DNA of 64,000 bases from an uncultured Rhodospirillaceae bacterium (GTDB taxonomy: Bacteria > Pseudomonadota > Alphaproteobacteria > UBA9219): positions 29,218-93,217 of the forward strand of contig CAYVNS010000003.1 in NCBI GenBank assembly GCA_964453225.1. Reading direction: 5' to 3'. The position numbers were made by a program, and so were the translations under genes. Positions 40,785 through 50,529 of this stretch are shown here, one piece after another (positions within the stretch are counted from its first letter, which is position 1; each line of letters begins with the position of its first letter). The notes beneath the pieces are model-generated. The model had not been told where the DNA came from. It ran no database searches and worked only from the letters and a program-made list of their open reading frames with translations.

Positions 40785-41513
40785 TCAGCTTGCGGCGGCA
40801 ATGACGGACAGAAATTGCCCCAACCTGTCTGTTTGCGGGCTTTTCAGGATAGCGGCTTGCCCGCTTTCGACAATCTCGCCCTTTTCCATAAAATAGACAT
40901 GATCGGCCGCATGGCGCGCAAAGCCCAAAAGATGCGTGATAATGAAAATGCCGATGTCCTTGCCGCGCAAATTCTTCAGATAGGCGAGGATTTTGGCTAT
41001 CTGCTCGACATCGAGCGCCGACGTGATTTCGTCCAAAAGAAGATAGCGGGGCTCCAGCATCAAGGCACGCGCCAAAGCAACCCGTTGGCGCTGGCCCAGC
41101 GAGGCTTCGTTTGGATACTGCGTGATAAAACCGCCCATGTCGAAGGCCTCGATCAGCGCCTCCAACTCGGCTTGGTTCTTCGCTCTGTTACGGCGGCGAA
41201 CGGGGAGAAGGATATTTTCTTTTAAAGTCAGGTGCGGCCACAAAAACAGTTGCTGGAAAACAGCCGTTACGAACGGCCAGGGCGGACGAAAGGCTTTTTC
41301 CTGCGGCCATGGATATGTATAAATTTGATCGTCGATGCGTATTTCGCCGCTTTGCGGCGGCTCCAGCAGGGCAAGGCACCGCAGAAGGGTTGTTTTTCCG
41401 GCGCCGCTTGGCCCGATGAGAACCGTGATGCCGCCCATGTCGACCGTCAGGTTGACGTTTTTCAGGATCGGCCCGTTGGCGTAACCGAAGTTGAGATTGC
41501 GCGCCTCTAACAT
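40785..41513 (-). CDS. ABC transporter ATP-binding protein (polar amino acid-type)
   Basis: Walker A GPSGAGKTTL, signature region, Walker B LLLDE. Confidence 0.85.
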   Translation of the reverse strand: MLEARNLNFGYANGPILKNVNLTVDMGGITVLIGPSGAGKTTLLRCLALLEPPQSGEIRIDDQIYTYPWPQEKAFRPPWPFVTAVFQQLFLWPHLTLKENILLPVRRRNRAKNQAELEALIEAFDMGGFITQYPNEASLGQRQRVALARALMLEPRYLLLDEITSALDVEQIAKILAYLKNLRGKDIGIFIITHLLGFARHAADHVYFMEKGEIVESGQAAILKSPQTDRLGQFLSVIAAAS

Positions 41514-41514
41514 T

Positions 41515-42180
41515 TCACCGCTCCGACAGATCGCGCGTGTAGCGCTTTTTCAAGTAGGACGCCGCGACGTTCACCGGCAAGCAAATAACCAAAAAGAAAA
41601 AAGCCAGCGCCGTGTAGATTTCAACGGGCCGGTAGATCATGCTGTTGATGCGCTGGGAAACGCGGAAGATTTCCTCGACCGAAATAAGGCTGGCGAAAAG
41701 CGTCAGGTGCAGCATGATGACTTGCTGCGTCATTAGGCCCGGCAACAGCTGGCGGAAAAGGATCGGCAATTCGACGTAAAGCACCCTGTCGCGCCTTGAG
41801 AGCCCGCAAACCCGGCTGGCGGTGACATATTGCGCCGGAAAATTAGATACGGTTTCGCGCACCATTTCGCCAACGCCGAAGATATTCATAAGGGAAAGCG
41901 TCAGCGCGGCCGTGTAAAACGGATCGATCACGATATCGAACAAAGCCTGCGCCGGGTAATGCAGCCAGAACAAAACGACAAGCGAGGGAATGGCTGAAAA
42001 AGCGAACGCCATCGTGCGCGTGAACCAGCCCCAGCTTTCGGGGTAATGCGCGCCAACGACACCCAGCACAAGCCCAAGCACAACACCCGACGTCCATATG
42101 AGGAGGCAAAGCTGCATGGTCACGTAAAGGCCCTGAAGAAAGGCATCGTGATAAGTGATAAGGATTTCGAACGCGTTCAT
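41515..42180 (-). CDS. ABC transporter permease (HisM/GlnP-type)
   Basis: EAA-like loop. About 5 TM segments. MNAFEIL start at 42180. No binding-protein gene lies adjacent. Confidence 0.75.
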   Translation of the reverse strand: MNAFEILITYHDAFLQGLYVTMQLCLLIWTSGVVLGLVLGVVGAHYPESWGWFTRTMAFAFSAIPSLVVLFWLHYPAQALFDIVIDPFYTAALTLSLMNIFGVGEMVRETVSNFPAQYVTASRVCGLSRRDRVLYVELPILFRQLLPGLMTQQVIMLHLTLFASLISVEEIFRVSQRINSMIYRPVEIYTALAFFFLVICLPVNVAASYLKKRYTRDLSER

Positions 42181-42448
42181 TGGGTGGCGGGCATAGGGAG
42201 TCTCTCCATTCCGAGACGGCAATTTTTGCATAGAATGAAATGACGGTACAGGAAGAATATTTCCTGAAAAACGGGCGGGCGGGAGTGGGGTTTTAACCCT
42301 GAGGACTTTTGCTGAAAGAAACCAAATCGGACGCATAAATTCGCTAAAGCGAATTTTGCGGAATGACGGAATCTTATTGTGTTATGACTTACCCTTAATT
42401 GAGTTTGCGCCCGATGATTGAGGTTTAGGCATTTCTTTAGAAGACGGG

Positions 42449-43180
42449 CTACATATCAAAGGTATGATACACTCTTGGAGCGGCTGTGCTCGTGGCTTTA
42501 TTGGTTGTGGCCACGTTTGGTGTAGCCGAGTCGGGGCTCGCCGTGTTTGTATCCGCGCCCCCATCGCTTTCGGGAAGTGGGTCGATCGGATCGGCGGCGG
42601 GGGCTGTTGTAAGCGGCGTTGCGAGATCAGGCTCATCCTGTAGGAGGTCGTCTTCTGGCTTAGAATCCTTTTTCTCTGGCGTATCCTTTTCAGGCGTTTC
42701 ATTTTCCGTGCTCTCGGAGTCAGCGGCATCTGGTTTCGTCGCGCGGCGATCCTCATGATCATCCCCGTGATGAAGCTCTGTGTCGTGACTATCGCCATAA
42801 CGGCTGTCAATCGCTGGGGTTGGAGTATATTCAGAAAATTCAGCCCCCATGATTTTAAGCGCATTCCGGTCTGGAGAATGTGCGTCCGGAGGTAGGTCAA
42901 CGCCACTTATAATATTATTATACTCCTGATTGCTTAGACCTTTTAAATTTCCGCCCGCCCTTGTTTCCGCCCTCAACTCTAAACAGTTTGATATTAAATC
43001 AGGGCGATCTGTTCGACTAGTTATAGCATCTATTACAGACATATTCTCCGTGGAGAAACCATGGGCTATCCCTTCTGCTGTAGTTACGCTTTCCGTTAAG
43101 GTGGGTTCGCGTCCCGGTTCATAAATTTGCTGAGCCGATTTTGGATAAGCTTCTTGATGATCATCTAATACGCTCATCAT
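42449..43180 (-). CDS. Hypothetical acidic, low-complexity protein (243 aa) in an AT-rich islet
   Basis: Longest of three overlapping ORFs here. Asp/Glu/Thr/Pro-rich. No TM segments and no signal peptide. Confidence 0.35.
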   Translation of the reverse strand: MMSVLDDHQEAYPKSAQQIYEPGREPTLTESVTTAEGIAHGFSTENMSVIDAITSRTDRPDLISNCLELRAETRAGGNLKGLSNQEYNNIISGVDLPPDAHSPDRNALKIMGAEFSEYTPTPAIDSRYGDSHDTELHHGDDHEDRRATKPDAADSESTENETPEKDTPEKKDSKPEDDLLQDEPDLATPLTTAPAADPIDPLPESDGGADTNTASPDSATPNVATTNKATSTAAPRVYHTFDM

Positions 43181-43394
43181 TTCCTCAAAAGGGTAAATTC
43201 CTTTAAAAAACGCATTATTTTAACATGAGAAAGCCTAATGTTTTGATAATTCTACAAGTCTTTGTTTTCGCGCTTTCTTCCTTATCTTCATGCTCCTCTT
43301 AATTATTAATATTCCGTGAAAAACGTATCTGGCGTCGACTCGGATTGCCGTGTAAATCATTGGCGTCCCGCCACTTCAAACTTACGGCCTTTCC

Positions 43395-44978
43395 ATGACG
43401 CAGACTCACAAAATCGCCCGCGCTTTGATCTCGGTTTCCGACAAGACCGGCCTTGTCGACTTCGCCCGCAAGCTTGCGGATCACAACATAGAAATTCTTT
43501 CCACCGGCGGTTCGGCCTCCGCGTTGCGGGAGGCAGGGATCAACGTCGTCGAGGTGGGCGATTACACCGGCTTTCCCGAAATGCTGGGCGGGCGTGTTAA
43601 GACCCTGCATCCGCGCATTCACGGCGGCATTCTGCAACGCCGCGACTTGACCGCGCATCAGGAAGAAGCGACCAAGCACAACATTCCGCCGATCGACCTG
43701 GTCGTCGTCAATTTGTATCCCTTCCGCCAGACCGTCGCCAAGGGCGCGGATTTCGAAACGTGCATCGAGAATATCGATATCGGCGGGCCGGCCATGGTGC
43801 GCTCGGCCGCGAAGAACCATGCGTTCGTCGCCGTCGTAACGGACCCTGCGCAATACGAGGACATTGTTCTGGAATTGACGGAGCATGGCGGCGGCACGTC
43901 GCTTGATTTCCGCAAGAAGCTGGCCGCGGCGGCTTACGCGCATACGGCAAGCTATGACAGCGCCATCAGCGCGTGGTTCGCCGAGCAGCTTGGCGACGAG
44001 TATCCCGACACGTGGTCGATCGCGGCGCGCAAGCAACAGGCGTTGCGCTATGGCGAAAACCCTCATCAGACGGCTGGTTTCTATGTGTACGATTCCGACA
44101 GGCCCGGCGTTTCGAACGCTATTCAGGTGCAGGGTAAGGAGCTGAGCTATAACAACATAAACGATACCGATGCCGCGTTCGAACTGGTGAGCGAATTTAC
44201 CGAGACTCCCGCCATCGCCATCATCAAGCACGCCAATCCCTGCGGCGTGGCGACCGGCCCCGATTTGCTTTCGGCCTACAAACGCGCGTTTGCCTGCGAT
44301 ACCGTGAGCGCTTTCGGCGGGATTATCGCGTGCAACCGCTTGCTGGACGGGCCGACCGCCAAGGCGATTACGGAAATCTTCTCGGAAGTGATCATTGCGC
44401 CGGATATGGACAACGAGGCTAAGGAGACTATCGCGAAGAAAAAGAACCTGCGCGTGCTGTTGACCAAGACGATGGCCGATCCTCATGCCGCCGGCAAAAT
44501 ATTCAAGTCCGTTTCCGGCGGCGTTTTAGTCCAGACGCGCGACGCTATCGTGCTGGACAAGGCCAATTTGAAATGTGTCACGAAGCGCCAGCCGACCGAG
44601 CAGGAAATGAAAGATATGGTTTTCGCTTTCACGGTCGCCAAGCACGTGAAGTCGAATACGATCATTTACGCCAAGTACGGCGCCACCGTCGGCATCGGCG
44701 CGGGGCAAATGAGCCGCGTGGACAGCGCGCGCATTGCCGCCCGCAAGGCCGAAGATGCCGCGAAGGTCGAGGGCGTCAAAGACAGCCTGACGAAGGGCAG
44801 CGTTGCCGCGTCCGACGCTTTCTTCCCGTTTGCCGACGGGCTGTTGGCGCTCGTCGAGGCAGGCGTAACGGCGGTCATTCAGCCGGGCGGCTCGTTGCGA
44901 GACGAGGAAGTTATCGAAGCAGCCGACAAAGCGGGGCTGGCCATGGTGTTTACCGGCATCCGGCATTTCAGGCATTAG
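43395..44978 (+). CDS. purH: Bifunctional AICAR formyltransferase / IMP cyclohydrolase
   Basis: MGS-like N-terminal domain ([10 protein letters not shown]...ILSTGGSA) and the AICARFT domain. Full length, 527 aa. Confidence 0.95.
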   Translation: MTQTHKIARALISVSDKTGLVDFARKLADHNIEILSTGGSASALREAGINVVEVGDYTGFPEMLGGRVKTLHPRIHGGILQRRDLTAHQEEATKHNIPPIDLVVVNLYPFRQTVAKGADFETCIENIDIGGPAMVRSAAKNHAFVAVVTDPAQYEDIVLELTEHGGGTSLDFRKKLAAAAYAHTASYDSAISAWFAEQLGDEYPDTWSIAARKQQALRYGENPHQTAGFYVYDSDRPGVSNAIQVQGKELSYNNINDTDAAFELVSEFTETPAIAIIKHANPCGVATGPDLLSAYKRAFACDTVSAFGGIIACNRLLDGPTAKAITEIFSEVIIAPDMDNEAKETIAKKKNLRVLLTKTMADPHAAGKIFKSVSGGVLVQTRDAIVLDKANLKCVTKRQPTEQEMKDMVFAFTVAKHVKSNTIIYAKYGATVGIGAGQMSRVDSARIAARKAEDAAKVEGVKDSLTKGSVAASDAFFPFADGLLALVEAGVTAVIQPGGSLRDEEVIEAADKAGLAMVFTGIRHFRH

Positions 44979-45057
44979 TTAATTTAAACGGTCTTGGGCT
45001 GCAAAACGCTGTTTTCCAAAATTTTGATGCTCACGTACGCAGCTTGTTTAAATCAAT

Positions 45058-45546
45058 CTAAAGATCAACATGCGGCGTTTCCGAGCGGATGGCTTCAGTC
45101 CAGCGGCGTTCGAACTGGCGCAAGGTTTGGTGGGTGATTTCGATTTCCGAGCCTTCGTTTTTGATAAAGCTTTCGGCCATCTGGAGATTCAAGGCCGCCA
45201 GCATGTCGAGAATGGCCTTGCCCTTCGTCGTGGGCTTTAGTTTCGCGGAGCGCCGGTCGCGTTCGGATATCTGCCGTTCGACGTAGCCGCCATCCACCAT
45301 GTTTTTGAGATTATAGGAGGCGTTTGATCCGAGGTAATAGCCGCGTTCGATCAGGTCGCGCACCGTTATCTCGCCGCCGCCGCTGCCGATCGTTCCCAGC
45401 ATCACGGCCTGAACGGGGCTGATGTCGTAATAGCCGTGTTTCGCGAGCTCAAGGCGAACGACATCCAGATAACGCCTGTGCATGCGTTCGATCAGGCGCG
45501 GCAGTTCCTGCGCAAGCTGGCCCTTGGAGTCGTTTTTCCCTTCCAT
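45058..45546 (-). CDS. Winged-helix transcriptional regulator (MarR-like)
   Basis: ITVRDLIERGYYLGSNASYNLKNMVDGGYVERQISERDRRSAKLKPTTKG resembles a MarR-type HTH plus wing. Confidence 0.55.
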   Translation of the reverse strand: MEGKNDSKGQLAQELPRLIERMHRRYLDVVRLELAKHGYYDISPVQAVMLGTIGSGGGEITVRDLIERGYYLGSNASYNLKNMVDGGYVERQISERDRRSAKLKPTTKGKAILDMLAALNLQMAESFIKNEGSEIEITHQTLRQFERRWTEAIRSETPHVDL

Positions 45547-45650
45547 GCTTTAAGGATTCCCATAATAAAAATAATAATTGGTAAATGCCGCGTTTTGGCT
45601 CAGAATATGAGGCACCATTCTTCTTTTCCCGCTTTCCCTGAGGCCTTCCC

Positions 45651-46388
45651 ATGATCCGGCATTCCTTGACCCTTCTTTCCTTCCTTGCTCTTACCGCCTG
45701 CGCCTCCGCGCCTTCCTCCGAAGACGCGCAGATGGCCGATTCTTTGGCGACGCAGGGCAAGGCGCTTTTGGCCAAAGGCAAAATTGCCGAAGCCCGCGAT
45801 ATTTATCTGAGCGCCGCGTCGAGAAACGATCAGAGCCCCCGCGTGTGGAACGGGTTGGGCGTGGCCTATGAAATGCTGGGCAAGCGCGCACTTGCAAAGG
45901 ACGCCTACGAGAAGGCCCTGGAGCTGGCGCCGGAAGACAAAGCGGCATCGAACAATATGGCGCACCTTCTGCTAACGGAGGGCGAGGCCGATGAGGCCAT
46001 GCATATGCTAAAAACCCATAAGGACGACCATGCGGCGCCAAAAGCGTTGAAGCAAAATTTTGCCAAAGCCGTTAAGGAAGCAAAAACCGGCGAAGCGCCG
46101 GAAACCAAGGCGGTACAGCCGGCAAAGGCGACGGAGGCTTTGGAGGCCGAGGTGTATGCCGACCTTGGCGCCGCGCCTACGGAAAGCATGGCGAAAAACC
46201 GCATCAAGCAGATTAAATCGGCTTTGGGCCCTGGTTCAGCCCCCCTTTCTTTTCACATAGTGCCGGAAGTCAAAGTCTTTGGCGGAACGCCGGTCTTTAA
46301 TATCCGGGCCACGGGGGTTAATCCCGAATCCTTGTGCGAGGAATTAAACAGCCTGGCTTTTCCGTGCTTTGCGCACGAAGATAAATAG
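45651..46388 (+). CDS. TPR-repeat lipoprotein with a possible SPOR-like C-terminal domain
   Basis: Lipobox LALTACAS. TPR-like WNGLGVAYEMLGKRALAKDAYEKALELAP. C-terminal FHIVPEVKVFGGTPVFNIRATG. Confidence 0.55.
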   Translation: MIRHSLTLLSFLALTACASAPSSEDAQMADSLATQGKALLAKGKIAEARDIYLSAASRNDQSPRVWNGLGVAYEMLGKRALAKDAYEKALELAPEDKAASNNMAHLLLTEGEADEAMHMLKTHKDDHAAPKALKQNFAKAVKEAKTGEAPETKAVQPAKATEALEAEVYADLGAAPTESMAKNRIKQIKSALGPGSAPLSFHIVPEVKVFGGTPVFNIRATGVNPESLCEELNSLAFPCFAHEDK

Positions 46389-46399
46389 GACATAACGCG

Positions 46400-47317
46400 A
46401 TGCCGACTCCTTCCTTGCCGACCGGGCCGCAGGCCGTTGATTCCGTCGTCGATGTGACCTTGTCGTCGTTTAAAACCGACGTCGTTGAAGCGTCAAAAAA
46501 GGCTTTGGTTCTGATCTCGTTCTGGGCTTCCTGGGAAGCTTCGGGAAAGCAGATAAACGCAACGCTTGAGAAAATGGCGCGCACCACGGGCGCGTTCAAG
46601 CTTGCCAAGATCGACGTCGATAAAAATCGGCCTGTCGTTCAACAAATGGGCGTGCAGGAGATTCCTGCCGTCTATGCCATTCACAAGGGCCGGCCCATCG
46701 ACGCGTTTTCGGGCGCGCTGCCTGAGGCCCAAATAAAGGCGTGGATTGACCGCCTTTTAAAAGCGACCGGCACGGAAAGCGAAGAGAAAACGGCGCAAGA
46801 AAACGCGCTTAAAAAGGCGCAGGACTTGCTGGCCGCGGGAGAAAGCGCATCGGCTGCGGCGCTTTATTCGACCATTCTAGAAAACCTACCGGACAACGCG
46901 GCGGCGTGGGCGGGGCTTGCCGCTTGCGCTATGAAGGAAGGCCACATTGAAAAAGCACGGCAGGTGCTGGAGTCCGTGCCGCCCGAAATTGTGAAAGACA
47001 CGGTTTTTGATTCCGTTCGTACAAGCCTAGAACTGGCCGATCAGGCGAAAGACGCGCCGCAGACGGAAGAGCTTGAACAAAGACTGGCTAAAAATCCTTT
47101 GGATCATGCGGCGCGTTTTGATTTGGCGCTTGCCACCTATGCCCAAGGGCGCCGCGAGGAAGCGGTCGATCATTTGCTGGAGATCGTCCGGCGCGACCGC
47201 AAATGGAACGACGATGGCGCACGAAAGCAGCTCGTGAAATTTCTTGAAGCCTTTGGAGCCGATGATCCTTTGACCCTTTCGACCCGGCGCCGCCTCTCCT
47301 CTCTTTTGTTTTCATAA
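46400..47317 (+). CDS. Thioredoxin-fold / TPR co-chaperone (YbbN/CnoX-like)
   Basis: N-terminal thioredoxin-like domain without CxxC (FWASWEASGKQ), followed by TPR repeats. Confidence 0.65.
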   Translation: MPTPSLPTGPQAVDSVVDVTLSSFKTDVVEASKKALVLISFWASWEASGKQINATLEKMARTTGAFKLAKIDVDKNRPVVQQMGVQEIPAVYAIHKGRPIDAFSGALPEAQIKAWIDRLLKATGTESEEKTAQENALKKAQDLLAAGESASAAALYSTILENLPDNAAAWAGLAACAMKEGHIEKARQVLESVPPEIVKDTVFDSVRTSLELADQAKDAPQTEELEQRLAKNPLDHAARFDLALATYAQGRREEAVDHLLEIVRRDRKWNDDGARKQLVKFLEAFGADDPLTLSTRRRLSSLLFS

Positions 47318-47659
47318 AAGACAAACAACCAATGAACGCATCGACGGCGGGTGACATGCTGTCGCGTCTCGCCCGTCATTTCATACGCCGGTTGGTCTTA
47401 CCCCCTTAAAGAACGAAGCGGTCGTTTCTTTGCCGGAACAAACCAGAGGTTTTTCTGCAACTCTGGCGGGTAAATTTCCCGGCCTGCGTTGACCGCAATA
47501 TTATTGCGTGATATGCAACCCCCGGTAGTTTACCGGTAGGTATAATTGACAACAACGCCGCTTTGGGTGGTGGCTTTACCCGCCCTTATTGCCTGCTTCG
47601 TTCTTTAATACCTAAAGGCGCCAACTTTACAGCCAATACGTGCGGAACCACTTGGGATT

Positions 47660-48271
47660 ATGTTGATTCAACCGTTTACCAAAAAGAATTTGAGCAACAG
47701 GCTGGACAACATCAATGTCATGGTTGTCGACGGTCGATCTAAGACAGGAAACCTGATCAAGTGCATTTTAAATCGGCTTGGATTTAGAAATGTGTTTATC
47801 GCAAACGATGCCTCTTCGGGCGTGCAGATCATCCGCGACAAAAAAATCGGCTTAGTGTTTGCCAACTGGGATTTGTACGTCTTGTCCAAGCCGCCGGTCA
47901 ACGACGCCGGAACCAAGCGCGAACCCGAAGTGCTTCCGTTAAACGGCGCCAAGTTCGTCGAGCGTTTGCGCGCCGCCCCTTCGTCCCCCAATCCTTTTTT
48001 GCCGGTGGTTATGCTTTTGCCTTTGGACGGCAGTTCCGAGGAAGTGGGTTTGGCGCGCGACTCCGGCGTCAACGAGGTCCTTCTGAAGCCTTTCTCGGCC
48101 GAGGACCTTTGCAAGAAGATTGTAACGATTATCGACGAGCCCCGGATTTTCATCAACTCGGGCCCCTATAAAGGCCCATGCCGCCGCATCGCCAACATTC
48201 CGATCCCCAGCAAAATGGAGCGGCGCGTGCGCGAAATTCGCTTTCTGCAACCCCTTCCACCCAAACGCTGA
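47660..48271 (+). CDS. Atypical single-domain receiver protein (REC-like, divergent acidic pocket, loop insertion, C-terminal extension)
   Basis: VMVVDG (DG rather than DD). Putative phospho-Asp in VFANWDL. A ~25-aa insertion precedes alpha3. Conserved Lys in VLLKPF. Confidence 0.5.
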   Translation: MLIQPFTKKNLSNRLDNINVMVVDGRSKTGNLIKCILNRLGFRNVFIANDASSGVQIIRDKKIGLVFANWDLYVLSKPPVNDAGTKREPEVLPLNGAKFVERLRAAPSSPNPFLPVVMLLPLDGSSEEVGLARDSGVNEVLLKPFSAEDLCKKIVTIIDEPRIFINSGPYKGPCRRIANIPIPSKMERRVREIRFLQPLPPKR

Positions 48272-48348
48272 CGGAGGGCCTATTGGACACGAAACCCCCG
48301 CCCGACCCAGGCTATCAAACGGAAATCTCCAAGGAAACAAGCTACGTC

Positions 48349-48864
48349 ATGGCCTACAAGCCGGATTATTCACTGAAAAGAACCATCGGCGTCGAGGTTG
48401 CGCTGAACGATATTTTCACGCGCGAAAAAATTGACGCGAGCAACAAGATTTTGGAAATCGGCCGAAACTGCTTCTTTATGGACGCCGAGGAAGAAGTCAA
48501 TACCATCGCGGAATTGATCGCGAAGCCGGACGAATCGGGCAAGAGCCTGCAAACCGCCGCTTCGCTTGCCGCCGCGCTGAAAGGCGAAGCGGAGATGTAT
48601 GGTTTTTCGCACATTTATAAAGTGTGCGCTTTTCTGATGGACGCCTGCGAGAGCCGCGAAAAGCCCGACATCAGAACGCCGCTTATTCTCGATCTGGTGA
48701 ACGCCCTCACATCGTCCATAAAGAAGAAAATTTCCGACGACGGCGGCAAGGAAGAAAAAGCCATTATGGCCAATCTTGCCTGCCTTGAAGCGCTCGCGAA
48801 GCCCAAAAGCAAAGAACCATCCCCACCGAAAAGCGAAAGAACCGCCGTATGTACGAAAACGTAG
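48349..48864 (+). CDS. Hpt-like small protein lacking the conserved phospho-acceptor His (candidate pseudo-Hpt)
   Basis: LAAALKGEAEMYGF resembles the Hpt HxLKGsaxxxG motif but has Ala in the His position. The start at MAYKP is chosen over the 48178 ATG. A 16-nt overlap joins it to the downstream receiver. Confidence 0.4.
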   Translation: MAYKPDYSLKRTIGVEVALNDIFTREKIDASNKILEIGRNCFFMDAEEEVNTIAELIAKPDESGKSLQTAASLAAALKGEAEMYGFSHIYKVCAFLMDACESREKPDIRTPLILDLVNALTSSIKKKISDDGGKEEKAIMANLACLEALAKPKSKEPSPPKSERTAVCTKT

Positions 48865-49328
48865 CTCGCTTTTCCCACGCCTGCATACTGGTCGTTGACG
48901 ACAGCGTTTTCGAGCGCCGGCTTATTTCGACGGCCTTGAAGAAAGCGGGGTTCAACAAAATCGAGGGTGCAAACGACGGGGTGGAGGCCTTGAAGAAAAC
49001 GTACGAGCTTCGCCCGGATCTTGTTCTGCTTGACCTGTGCATGCCGAATCTGGACGGGTTCGGCTATTGCGAAAAAGTGCGCGCCGACCGGCAACTGCTT
49101 CAGATGCCGATCATTGTGCAAACCGCCCTTGAGGACAGGAATTCCCGCTTGCGCGCGCTTTCAAGCGGGGCGAACGATTTCCTTCTCAAGCCGCTCGATA
49201 TGGATGAAGTGTCTTTGCGAATCTGCGTTCATATCGAAAACTATTTTATGCTTCATCAGCTAAAGGCCTTGCGGGACTATCTTGATTTTATTCCACGCAA
49301 GGAATGCGATTTGTCGGGCCGAGGCTAA
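48849..49328 (+). CDS. CheY-like single-domain response regulator (canonical)
   Basis: ILVVDDS, phospho-Asp in LVLLDLCMP, and the T and K residues are all present. Confidence 0.75.
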   Translation: MYENVARFSHACILVVDDSVFERRLISTALKKAGFNKIEGANDGVEALKKTYELRPDLVLLDLCMPNLDGFGYCEKVRADRQLLQMPIIVQTALEDRNSRLRALSSGANDFLLKPLDMDEVSLRICVHIENYFMLHQLKALRDYLDFIPRKECDLSGRG

Positions 49329-49405
49329 GAGCCAATCCCACTGGCCGGCAAAAAAGCCCAAGGGTCACCCCTTGGGCTTTACTTTTTGCCGGAATGAAGC
49401 CGGTT

Positions 49406-50272
49406 TTACTGTTTTTGGGCCGGCGCCTTCGAGGGAGGCGGCAGAGGCGATCCGTCGATGTTAAACTTTTCGACCTTAGCCTTCGCTTCCAGGGCCTTGA
49501 CCTCATCGTTCGTCATTTCCTGGCCGAGCTGATTGGCGATTTGATCCTTCACTTCGGCCATCGGCGGCGGTGCGGATTTACGCTTGTCTTCAACCTTGAT
49601 GACATGAAAGCCGAATTCCGTCTTGACCGGCTTGTCGCTGACCTGGCCGGTCTTCATGGCGAAGGCGGCTTCGGAGAAAGGCTTGACCATGGCGTCACGA
49701 ACAAAATAGCCCAAATCGCCGCCCTGCTTGGCGGAACCCGTGTCCTTGGACTTTTCTTCGGCCAGCTTGGCAAAATCGGCGCCGCCCTTAAGCTGCTTGA
49801 TGACGTCATTGGCTTCCGCCTCGGTCTTGAGAAGGATATGACGCGCGCGCACTTCGTCCTGCGGCTTGAACTTGGACGAAAGCTGGTCATAGCGTTCCTT
49901 GATCTTGGCGTCGGTGATCTTCGGCTCCACCTGCTTGTGGACGTAGGCCTCGGCAATAACCTGCGCTTCGAGAGCCTTCATGCGCTTTTGGATTTCGGGG
50001 TCATTTTGCATGCCGGCGGCATAGGCCTTTTGCGCGACGACCTTGGTTGCGATCATTTTATGAAGAATCTGGGGATAAAGGGCTTGCGGCGGCAACTGCT
50101 GGAGCTGCGGGCCGGCCATTTGCAGTTCGCGCAGGACATCGGAGCGGCGAAGCTCTTCGCCATTGACACGCGCAACGACGGGGTCGGACTTGGCTGCATC
50201 GTCGGCGGCCCAGACTGGCATTGCCAAAGCCCCCAAAAGGGCAACTGTGGCGAGGAGGACTTTTTTGGACAT
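49406..50272 (-). CDS. Parvulin-type peptidyl-prolyl cis-trans isomerase (SurA/PpiC-like), periplasmic
   Basis: Signal peptide plus parvulin domain HILLKTEAEANDVIKQLKGGADFAKLAEEKS...GGDLGYF. Confidence 0.75.
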   Translation of the reverse strand: MSKKVLLATVALLGALAMPVWAADDAAKSDPVVARVNGEELRRSDVLRELQMAGPQLQQLPPQALYPQILHKMIATKVVAQKAYAAGMQNDPEIQKRMKALEAQVIAEAYVHKQVEPKITDAKIKERYDQLSSKFKPQDEVRARHILLKTEAEANDVIKQLKGGADFAKLAEEKSKDTGSAKQGGDLGYFVRDAMVKPFSEAAFAMKTGQVSDKPVKTEFGFHVIKVEDKRKSAPPPMAEVKDQIANQLGQEMTNDEVKALEAKAKVEKFNIDGSPLPPPSKAPAQKQ

Positions 50273-50529
50273 TTTGCGAATCCTTTTGGTTTTCAAAGAT
50301 CGTATAGTTAAGAGCTAACGCCTCTTACGTCAAAGATCAAGCCCTACAAATGGGGCGGGATTAGGGCGAGTCGTCGATCGTTCGCGGCCGTAGACAGCGT
50401 TCGGTTCGCGGGCTGTTTCAAGAGCGGCGACTCCCTGTCGGAAATGCCGCTCTCCTGATTCGTTAAAGCGATTTTAACCTATGCGTGCAAACTGTTCGTT
50501 GAGTCTCTTTTTCCTCGCGGATCCTCTTT

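Noticed and set aside
43299-44486. 395-aa minus-strand ORF overlapping purH
   Set aside because: It is antisense to purH and is a shadow ORF.
48178-48348. Upstream ATG start (48178) for the Hpt-like ORF
   Set aside because: It would overlap the preceding receiver gene by 94 nt in a different frame. The in-frame MAYKP start at 48349 gives a normal intergenic gap.
49304-50311. 335-aa plus-strand ORF overlapping the PPIase gene
   Set aside because: It is antisense to a well-supported parvulin gene that has a signal peptide. It has no motifs.
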